From the NCBI RefSeq assembly GCF_006345805.1, contig NC_043000.1:28768001-28832000 (forward strand): a stretch of DNA of 64,000 nucleotides. The letters are read 5' to 3'. The first letter of the stretch is position 1. Every line of letters starts with the position of its first letter. The notes under the pieces were generated by a model. The model made no database searches. It was not told where the DNA came from and was given only the letters and a program-made list of their open reading frames with translations. The translations under genes were made by a program, and so were the position numbers. Shown piece by piece: positions 53,010-64,000 of this stretch. This stretch comes from Octopus sinensis. Its lineage: Eukaryota.

Positions 53010-53701
53010 CAAAGATATCACAAACTTATGTCTCATCACCACTGATGACGATCGTCACAAAACTTTGCGTCGTGATTTGCACAGTCAGGCATGTCCTGAC
53101 CGATTTCCATGCAGAGTCGCTTCTGCTGTTCCATCACCTTGTGAACGAGTTTCGCCGACACTTTCCGCATGCACAAACTTTCCGTTAAAATGAAAGGCGC
53201 TGATCATGTATTTATTCCGACTTCGTGAGGAAAATTCTGGTTTGTTGCACGACTGTCTTCCATAACTATTCGCCGCACCCTTTCAATCGACTCCTGGTTT
53301 TGTTTTGTGATGAATTGCTTGTGTGTGCCTCGCTTTCTACTGAGGCGCAGTCATGTTCCAAATCGTTGTAGTACTATTTTGATTGACATTTGCTCATGAC
53401 ATCCTTACCAAAGTTTTGCTTAACCTTCTGGATGTTTCGAGCTTGAGTATCACCAAGCTTTTGCTAAATCTTGATGCAATATCTCTGATCGACGCGTTTG
53501 GTGAAAGCGAAAACACGACGAGCGCGCATTATACGTCTGTACTCTAAGCATAACAGCTGGGAACTGATGCGGCCTACTGTCGCGAAAATTTTCACGGGTG
53601 TGCAGGATGGGTGGCATCACTTTCCAGCCAAAGGATTCTGCCCACGCACCATTAGTTTTGTCGGAAAAAAATAAAATCAAATACTTCTCGAACGCACCTC
53701 G
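53010..53701 (-). mobile_element. Mariner 5' half (dead)
   Basis: TA|CGAGGTGCGTTCGAGAAGT terminus. DQRYCIK...KLGDTQ...MRKVSAK...SGDET transposase remnant. Confidence 0.82.
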
Positions 53702-54783
53702 TACATATACGATGGTTTTTAGCACTTACTTTCCGTTGACCAGATTTCCTCACAAGGCATTAGTCGGGTCGGGGATAGTAGAAAACACTTACCAAGTCGC
53801 CACACAGTGGGACTGAACCCAAAACTAGACAGTAGCAAAGCGAGTCTTTTAGCCACAAACCTGCACCTCAAAAAAGCAAAATCGATTTGCCATTATGGGA
53901 CATTATAAGAAACATGTCTGCCGTTTATAGGAGTTGGACACTTGTATGAGATAGAAATCATAATATATATATATTTTGCTTTGAAGTGTATTCAATGCTG
54001 GAGGTTACTATCAACGAATTGTTTTAGTCGTACTGTTATACAAATTTATAAAACTAATTTAAACTTGTAGAGTACTGACCTGTGATGTGGTCAATTCTGG
54101 ACTAGACAGCGGTCAGTCTTTCGAACGAAGCAGAAAGATCACCAGAAAGATACAATAAGATATCAAAGTTTCGAAAATAAACGAGAGAGAGAAAAATGAC
54201 ACTCATCTTAAGATGTCTAGCATAACGTGGAGGTTGTCCGAAAAATAGTGTACTTTCTATTAAGTGCGTATGGTTTAAGTATGTTATTGAAAACTGTTCA
54301 TTTGTCTGATTTACGATCAAATACTTATTTAGTAACATCTTTCGGCTTTTGTCAAGGCAGAAACATTTATTCCGTTTGGAAACTTTCGAATTAAATTTGC
54401 GAGTTAAGAAGACTGTGCCTTCCATAGATCATCGATTTGCATAGTCTTTAAAATCATCAGTGTCATTGTCTTTAAAGTAAATTTATGGATATGTTCGTTG
54501 GAAGCATCTCGTAGAGAGTGTCATAAATCTGTAGCGCGATGCCTTATATTGGACGTAAAGACAATATAATACAGTTTCAAACTAATTTACGTTCGATCAT
54601 GGAAATCACTCAGAACGCAAAAGAAAGAAATCTAGAAAATGCCTAAAAATACAAATGTGAACTAACAGCCAGAAATGTTTGCATGTCTCTGAGCAAGATA
54701 ACAGTGGCTGTAACCATAACGACAATGGTTCTAATCACAGTGGAGAAAATAAGGCAATTCAAAAACAGTTTATATATGGAAAA

Positions 54784-54883
54784 NNNNNNNNNNNNNNNNN
54801 NNNNNNNNNNNNNNNNNNNNNNNNNNNNNNNNNNNNNNNNNNNNNNNNNNNNNNNNNNNNNNNNNNNNNNNNNNNNNNNNNNN
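54784..54883. other. Assembly gap (100 N)
   Basis: Direct reading. A round 100 N usually marks a gap of unknown size. Confidence 1.
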
Positions 54884-55480
54884 CATCATGATTATTACTA
54901 AAACTGTTACTACTACCACAAGCAACCAACACCACTGCCACCCTACTAGTACTAATATTACCACTACTACATCCACCATTACCACTGTACTACCACCACC
55001 TTCGCCAGCACCATTACCATCACTACCACTATCAACACCACCACCATCATCACCACTAAAATCAGCACCGCCACCACCGCCCCATCACAACCACCACTGA
55101 CATCACCAGCAACAACACCACCACTATTACCACCAACATCAACAACGCCACCACCGCCGCCATCAACACCACCAACACCGCCGCCATCACAACCACCACT
55201 GCCATCACTAGAACCATCATCACCACTACCATCATCGCCACCACCATCATCACCACCACCACCACCGCCATCACAACCACCACTGCCATTACCAGCACAA
55301 CCACCACCACCACCACCATCAACATCACCATCAACACCGCCGCCACCGCCGTCATCACAACCACCACTGCCATCACCAGCACCAACACCCCCACTAGTAC
55401 AACTACCACCATCGCCAACACCACCCACCATTCCCCACCACCACCACCTTCACCACTATCGTCGTCACCACCTCCACCAA
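54884..55480. repeat. Degenerate (ACC)n array with higher-order subunits
   Basis: CCATCACAACCACCACTG.CAT recurs near 55080, 55183, 55267 and 55352. Confidence 0.85.
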
Positions 55481-56460
55481 ACCATTCCTAAGACCAATCC
55501 TAATGATGGATCCTCTGTCCTACACGTTGCTGGTATTTTTGATATTTCAAGCATAAACTTGTCATTCAAATTACAGGGTTCTATTCCCCACCTCAAGCCC
55601 CCACCCCCGCTCCTTGCAGAATCACAGCATCACAGATACAAAGATTCATCGATAACTCTCCGATGCAGCCAAATGATTAAGGCTTATATATGCCTTTATG
55701 TGAGCGGCGTGTGCGTGTGTGTGTGTGCGTGTGTGTGTGTGTGTGTGTGTACTTGTAAGTCTTCGTGTATGCGTTTGAATAACGGTTAAATGTAATGGCA
55801 TGTAAACGATTTTCTTGTAGGGAATTCTACAGTCGATGAAGTCGGCTCCAAAATATTTCTCTTTCTCGGATTGCAGAAATGCCAACTCACCATCCAAACA
55901 CACACACACAAACATACACAGACACAAACACGCGCGCACATGCGCATACCAACGCACGCACGCACGTAGACGTACACACATATAAAACATCATTCATTAT
56001 ATCGTGGCGTACGATAAGCGTTGCGATCGCGCCATGTTATAACGCGTAACGCATGGTGATCCTACGAGAGAGTTTTGCACCAGTCTTCCAATGTAACAGC
56101 TGGAGTCCTGAAGTTTACATTACAACTTTCAGTTTTTCAACAAATATGTGTGTGTGTGTGTGTGTTTGCGTTTGTGTGTTAGCGTGTACGTATGTACATT
56201 TATTTTCTGACATCTCTTCAATATCATATATTTACAGACACAGACACACACATGCACACACACATATATGCATATACGCGTGTGTGTTGCATTGAAGTGA
56301 TGGTAAAAATGCATATCATTATAATCCAGGCTTCCTTCTGAAGATGCGTCTCAGAAACATTTGACTCGATAATAGGTTCAACAAAAGTATATGCCCAATC
56401 TAAATATAAAGAACTATCAAGGAAATACGGAAAATCTTGATTAAGTTATAGTATAACGCT

Positions 56461-57069
56461 TTTCTACTCCAGGCACAAGGCCCGGAATTTTTGAGGATGG
56501 GGCCAGTCGATTAGCTCGACCCCAGTTCGTAACTGGTACTTAATTTATTGACCCCGAAAGGATGAAAGGCAAAGTCGACCTCGGCGGAATTTGCACTCAG
56601 AACGTAAAGACAAACGAAATGCCGCTAAGCATTTCGCCCGACGTGTTAACGTTTCTTATTTGTTTACTACCCACAAGGGGCTACACACAGAGGGGACAAA
56701 CAGGGAAAGACAAACAAATAAAGTCGATTATATCGACCCCAGTGCATAACTGGTACTTATTTAATCGACCCCGAAAGGATGAAAGACAAAATCGACCTCA
56801 GTGTAATTTGAACTCAGAACGTAGCGACAGACGAAATACCTATTTCTTTACTACCCACAAGGGGCTAAACACAGAGGGGACAAACAAGGACAGACAAACG
56901 GATTAAGTCGATTACATCGACCCCACTGCGTAACTGGTACTTAATTTATCGACCACGAAACGATGAAAGGCAAAGTCGACCTCGGCGGAGTTTGGACTCG
57001 GAACGAGGCGGCAGACGAAATATCGCTAAGCATTTCGCCCGGCGTGCTAACGTTTCTGCAAGCTCACCG
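56461..57069 (-). mobile_element. Family B SINE trimer
   Basis: Full-head unit, junction at 56842/56843, a second junction type near 56657, terminal unit with B2 tail. Confidence 0.88.
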
Positions 57070-57188
57070 ACTTGGTATTGTATAACACTAACATGATCGC
57101 GTCTTCAAAATATTTCAAACAAAACTGTTCTCTCTCTCACTCACTCTCTCTCCTTTATCTTTCTCTATCTCTCTCTCCATCTCTTTCA

Positions 57189-57226
<38 letters not shown>

Positions 57227-57379
57227 TACACACATACACGCAGGTATGTATTTATGAATGCCTGCCTCATTTCATAGATTAGCGTCACATTTCCTTTTTG
57301 CTAGCGATCGGCAGAAAATATGACGGTGAGTTTTCTCGTATAAAGGCGTCTTTCTCCTGAATATTCGTGGCTATACAGC

Positions 57380-57760
57380 GAAGGCTTGTGGTGGACTGAA
57401 AACCTTGAAAAACTGAAGAGAAATAATTGGGAAGAACAGAACGAAAAAATCTGAAAATGATCCGTATTCACCAAGATAATTTATGATCTCATACATTTCT
57501 GTGCAACGGATCAGGGCATCAGACGGCCCTCTCTCAACAACCGTGCAGCAGGAATTTGGTTCCCTTTGGTTGTTAACAAAAGTTATTTGACAAAAGTTTT
57601 CTGACAGGCAAAAGAAGGCTTTGCATGGTAGATTCCAAAAGATAGTTTCAAGAAATAGCAATGAGACATGGTTGCAGCAAAGAAAGCTGAAAGGGGGGAC
57701 AGAAAGTTTGTTAGTGGCTGCCGAAGATCAAGCATTAAGGAGTAACTGGAAACGCATGGC
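57380..57760 (+). pseudogene. R4/Dong-type LINE internal fragment
   Basis: MHGRF...WLQQRKLKGGTESLLVAAEDQALRSN is homologous to the segment near 18641-18780. Confidence 0.7.
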
Positions 57761-58329
57761 CTACTTCACTTCAACATTTCCTGTTAGTGTTATTTATTCC
57801 TCGCCTTTTCTTCCTCTCATTCCACTCGCCATCCTCCAAGAAGAACAATGCCCGAAACATTAAGCATCAACCGAATAATTTAGATTGCGATCGTATTCTG
57901 TCTTGCTTTTTTTGTGTTTGTTTTTCATTTTGATTCTTACCCCATCTCTCTCTCTCTATTTCTCTCTCTCCCACTCTCTCTCTTTCTCTCATGCACACAC
58001 ATATATTTACATATATATATATATATTATATATATATATATATATATATTATAGTAGTATGAATATAATATAAATAGACGTACACGTATATATAGATATA
58101 TGTAAGCATATATATATATATATATATATATAATGTATGTATATATACATATATATATGTATGTATATATATAATGTATGTATATATACATATATTTATA
58201 TACACATACATGCACACACACACACACATATATACATACATACATACATGCATACAAATCTGTTTGTATGTATGTGGGAGGGGGTGTACAACACCAAAAC
58301 CGCAAGCAATATATCTTTAAACATCTACA

Positions 58330-58364
58330 ATAATCACCAGTTGTACTAATAATTACCATCATCG

Positions 58365-58399
<35 letters not shown>

Positions 58400-60100
58400 G
58401 AATTCACCGTCGTCGTCGCCGTCATCGCCAGTAGCACTGCAGCAGCAGCAACATCGCTGACGTCATCGACATTATCAGCATCATCAGTAATATCATTCAT
58501 CTTTATCATCACCAACAAAAATATCAGACAACATAACGACGACCACCACCACCACTGCCACCACCACTCCACTAACCACCACCACTACTACCTCCACTAC
58601 ACCACTAACTACCACAACTACCACTGCCACCATCACTATCACCACTTTCACTACTACTACCACCACCACTACACCACCACTATTATATCTACTACACCAC
58701 CACTACCATCACAACTACCACCATCCCTACCACCACCACCACTACACCAGTGCTACAGCCACTACTACCACTACTACACCACTACTACCTCTACCACTAC
58801 CACCATAACTACCACCATAACTACCACCATCACAACCACCTCTACGACCACTACCGCCACCACAACTACCACTACTACCACCACCACTACTACTACCACC
58901 ATCACCGCTATACCCCCACTGCCACCACCATTACTATATCCACTACACCACCACAACCACCACAACTACCACCACATCCACCATGAACGTCACAAGTTAC
59001 CTATCCCTCATACAACTACACCCCTAACAGCTCTGCCACTACAGCCACCACCACAACTATCATCACCAACATGACCACCAACACCTACACCACCACCGGC
59101 TTCACCATTAATATGGACAGTGCTGCCATCTGCACAGTTTTCCCCCTACAAACTACAACACCCACCCCACTATTTCCACCGCCGCTACTATTACTACGCT
59201 TTTCACCATCATACCCACCATGACCAATACCACTTATACTACTACCACACGCACTATCACCACAACTGTTTTCAGCACTCCCGATATGAACTTCACCCCA
59301 ACACCACCACTATCATCTCTCCTAGCTCCCTCTACACCACCGTCACCATATTCGGCAACAACACTATCAGCTCCACCACCACTAACAACAACAACACCAA
59401 CACCACCACCACCACCACCATCATCAACAGCATTGGCATTACCTATATACCTTAGCATTTAACACCAACGGTACTATCACGCTCACCACTACCACCACCA
59501 CCACTACCACTACTGCTATCACCACTATCACCACCATCACTACCACCAACACAACACTACCAACATCACTACCACTACCACCACCACAACTACTATTACT
59601 ACCACTACCACCACCACTACTACTATCACACTACCACTACCACCACCACCACTACCACTACTACCATCACTACCACCAACACTACAACCACCACCACTGC
59701 CACTACCACCACATCCACCACCAACACCACTACCACCACCAACACCACTACCACCACCAACACCACTACCACCACCACCACCACCAACACCACCACCACC
59801 AACACCAACACCACTACCAACAACAACACCATTACCACCACCAACACCACTACCAACAACACTACCACCACCACCACCAACGCCAACACCACTACCACCA
59901 CCAACACCAACAACAACATTACCACCACCAACACCACTACCAACAACAACACTACCACCACCACCACCACCATCGCCACCATCAACATCATCAACAGTAT
60001 CGGCATTACCTATATACCTTAACACTCAACACCAACATCACCATCACGCCCACCACCACCACACCACCACCACCAACACCACCACCACAACCAGTAAATT
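58330..60100. repeat. (CAT)n/(ACC)n/(ACT)n low-complexity array
   Basis: Direct reading. Confidence 0.9.
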
Positions 60101-60291
60101 GTTTACCACGAGATTCCAATCCGATCTCGTTTTAATTACGTTTGTCAGTCGTTCTATTTTGTTGTCTAGATCTTAGTTAATTGTATGTTCACTCTAATTA
60201 ACAACATTTTCGTAAGGCAACACGCACACACATAACATACACACACACACACACGAGCAACACAATATGCACAGACTATTGCGCATACACA

Positions 60292-60327
60292 GCCATAGCC
60301 GCCATAGCCGCCATAGCCGCCATAGCC
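60292..60327 (+). repeat. 9-bp tandem repeat GCCATAGCC, four copies
   Basis: Direct reading. Confidence 0.95.
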
Positions 60328-60649
60328 GCATAATGCATAAATAAACATCTGAATTTTGTTGTCCACGCAGACTATATTTATTAATGTGTGCATATTGTGT
60401 ATATGCGTGTACACAACTATGTATATATAGAAATGTGTGCTTGTATATGTAAGTGTGTATTTAATAAATACATATTTACGCAGTTGAATTGTTAGTATGA
60501 GCATATGCATTGGCGAATATATATATATATATTGCAAGCATTAACACACACATACACATGGGTTGCATGTTTATGTGTGTAAATATATAAATATAGATAA
60601 AGAGAAAGATGACAGAGAGATAGAGAGAGAGACAGAGAGAGAGAGAGAT

Positions 60650-60719
<70 letters not shown>

Positions 60720-60740
60720 GAGAGAGAGCGAGAGAGAGCT

Positions 60741-60801
<61 letters not shown>

Positions 60802-60828
60802 AAAGATAGATAGATAGATAGACAGATT

Positions 60829-60874
<46 letters not shown>

Positions 60875-60891
60875 AATAGATAGATAGATAC

Positions 60892-60946
<55 letters not shown>

Positions 60947-61661
60947 CTCACACAAGCACATATACATACACACAATCACAAACATCAGAAGTCTATATAT
61001 TCTTGAGTGTATAAAACTGTTTATATTGTTACACGAATATGCATCCACATAACGAAAGTATGTTCATATCTTTAAACAGAGGCGCACATGCGCACACATA
61101 CACACACACATACGCGCACATACGCACACACAAACGCATATACACAGATGCAGACACACAAGCGCATTCACACGCACGCAAAAACACTCACACATACACG
61201 AACACATAATCGCAAAGTCCATAAATCGTGAAAAATACGTTGAATATTTAACTGTATTCAGCTAATCATATTCTGAAACGCCCGCCATTGCATCAAAATT
61301 ATATTTTAAAAAACTGTAACACAAACACACACGCATACATGTATACACTATAAATATGCATCTAGATTCACATACACACGAACATGCGAGACATATACTC
61401 ACTAAAAAACACACATACACACACGCACATACACTGAGAAAGACGTATCTACTCCTCTTTAATACCCAACATGTACGTATGTGTATATTTGTATAAACGT
61501 AAGTATGTATATTTGTATGTAATTATATATGTGTGTGTGTGTGTATATGAGTCTGCATGCATATTTTAAGCATCTGTGTACGTCTATATGTATGTATATT
61601 TTTATGCCTATATGTATGTTTACATGTATTTGTGTGTGTATATATATATACACACACATTC

Positions 61662-61770
61662 GATCTAGTACATGGAGCTGATGAAGCTCCATGTACTAGA
61701 TCTAATGTGTTATAAAGATGACGAATATTATTTTCGGAACCACATTGGTAGCCGAAACGGCCGTAAGCAA
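61662..61770 (+). ncRNA. Hammerhead motif whose stem I 5' strand is replaced by a perfect 18-bp fold-back
   Basis: Arms 61662-61679 and 61685-61702, loop GATGA. CTGATGA at 61678-84. GAAAC-GGCC-GTA-AGCAA at 61754-61770 with palindromic ACGGCCGT. Confidence 0.62.
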
Positions 61771-62227
61771 TGTTAAGCTTTGTATTAAAAAATAATTAAC
61801 CGGTGTTGGTCAATTTGTTTTGTTTGTTGATCAAAAGTTTTCTCCATTTAAATTTTATTACTGACAAACTCTTGTTTATTCTGTTAATACCTGTATCCTA
61901 TGAGCATACCCATGCCTAGGGTTAACATAGGTAATTGATACCGGTAGTAAGTACGGATATTCTTATCCCTTAGACGGTTATTCCAAACGTTAACTCGACT
62001 TGGCTTTGATATATACATACATACATATGTATAGTTGCATGCACATCCCTGCACCATTTTTGTACGTATGTATGTATGTATGTATGTATGTATGTACGTA
62101 TGTATGTACATATGTATGCTTGTAGGCATATCTGTATGTTTGTATGTATCTATGTATGCTTCTACGTACGTGTGTATACTAAGATCTTCCTGAGTTGGCT
62201 GGTATGCATGCATATATATATATACAC

Positions 62228-62269
<42 letters not shown>

Positions 62270-62477
62270 TATATATATATACATATACATGTGCTTATGT
62301 ATCTATTTATGCACGTATGTATGCCTGTATATATGTATACCTGCATACACATACCTACATGCATATATGTATGCATGTATGTATGTGTGTATGAATGCAT
62401 AAATGTATGTATTAAATATGTATGTTTGTATTCATGCATGTTTGTATGTATACACTATGTACACACATTCATATATA

Positions 62478-63636
62478 TAGGGTTGTCCGGAAAGTTCATA
62501 CCAATTTATAGTAGCTTACCTTTCGACTTATTTTAGAACATGGTTGAGTCCATAAAATTGGATTTAACTACACCTCCATTTAGAGCATAGTTTAAGCTAT
62601 CTTTTCGTGGAAGAAGGTTTATTTTTCTATAACCTGTGTTAATTCAGTAACCCTTTAAAATGAAAGATAAGGAAGTTAATTTTCGGCATTGATGCCTCAA
62701 AAGCAACCAACGAAATATGCGCAGTTTACAGTGATCCACTACAGATAATGACCAAATCAAGTCATTAATTGAGAATAGCCCACATTGCACAACCCGAGAA
62801 TTGGCAGAAAGCCTCAGCCTATCAAAATCTGTCGTTCATGAGCACCTGGTCAAGCTTGGGTGCACAAATCACTACGATGTTTAGGTACCACATGAGTTGA
62901 GTGAGAAGAACCTTTTGGACGGCATTTCCATCTGTGATTCGCTTTATAAACGGAATGAAAACGCATCTTTTTTAAAGCAAATTCTGACAGGTGATGAGAA
63001 ATGGATTATCTACCGAAATTTCAGAGAAAGCGATCCTGGACTAAGCAACATGAGCCACCCTTAGCCACCCCAAAAGCGGGTCTTCACCCTAAAAAAGTCT
63101 GAATTTGTGTTTGGAGGGATTGGAAAGGAATTCTGTACTATGAGCTTCTCCCAAGTATCCAAACAATTAATTCTGAGAAATAGTGCACACAACTGGACGA
63201 GTTAAAAGCAGCAATTTAGAGAAACGTCCAGAATTGGCTAACAGGAAGGCTGTTGTTTTCCAACATGATAATGCAAGACCGCACGTTTCTTTGGGAACCA
63301 AACAAAAATTGCTGCAGCTCGGCTGAGATGTGTTACTCCACCCTCCATATTCACCAGATATTGCACCTTCGGATTTCCACTTATTCAGGACTCTGCAGAA
63401 TAGTCTTAATGATAAAAATTTCAATTCCTTGGATGACGTAAAAAGATACCTCGATGAATTCTTTGCCATGAAACCACCTCAATTCTAGGAAGAGGGTATT
63501 TTCAAGTTAAGGGAAAGATGGAGACGCATTGTGCAACAAAATGATTCATATTTGGTTCATTAAAAATATAATGGCAAGTATTTATTGACCTTTTTCTTTC
63601 CTTTAAAAATCGGCACGAACTTTCCGGACAACCCAA
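62478..63636 (+). mobile_element. TIR-to-TIR mariner with N-terminal deletions (dead)
   Basis: TIRs T(A/T)GGGTTGTCCGGAAAGTTC.T.CC.ATTT with TA on both sides. Motifs [16 protein letters not shown] and HPPYSPDIAPSDFHLF (DDD intact). Many stops between 62660 and 63563. Confidence 0.95.
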
Positions 63637-64000
63637 TATATATGCGTATATTTACGCATGTATGAATGCATGCATGTCTGTATATATTTCTGTCTCTATG
63701 TAAGTATATATGTATGCATGCCTATGTATGTATCTATCTATCTCTTTATTTATCTATTGAACACAATATAGATTCAATGATTATCTGTCAACAGTCATGA
63801 GGACAGAAATATTTTAGAAGATGAAATAGCACGCCGTAGGGTCACTGTGGGTGTGATGGACCTCAAGTTCTTGTCAGAAAATCCGTCCTAGAAAGAGGTG
63901 GATAGGGTTCCTTACGCGTGCGAGGTGACCAATATTCCATTTTCATAACATCAGGTGCTGTTTTCGTTTGTCTAAGTAAATAATTAACTTAATTTATTTA

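Noticed and set aside
54679-54985. ORFs spanning the N gap
   Set aside because: Artefacts of the 100-N gap.

Overview
AT-rich, repeat-saturated animal DNA. The repeat families are recalled as typical of coleoid cephalopods (Octopus); this was not database-checked. I found no host protein-coding exon, tRNA/rRNA gene or CRISPR array, so the window reads as intronic or intergenic. Nearly all listed ORFs are microsatellite translations. Contents: (i) many microsatellite tracts; (ii) three or four tRNA-derived SINE families, one forming fixed-junction tandem multimers; (iii) two TIR-to-TIR dead mariners, mariner fragments, and mariner, hAT and other MITEs; (iv) fragments of R4/Dong-type RLE LINEs lying in (TAA)n or (TACA)n; (v) Penelope-like (PLE) remnants; (vi) a 100-N gap at 54784-54883. 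The most interesting signal is about ten minimal type I hammerhead ribozyme (HHR)-like motifs in short non-coding PLE-terminus or retrozyme-like elements. Several have variant cores (CCGANGA, CTGTTGA) and palindromic stem III. In three unrelated sequences a fold-back or inversion junction falls inside the 7-nt catalytic core. All of this comes from manual reading; boundaries are approximate unless TIRs or TSDs are quoted.
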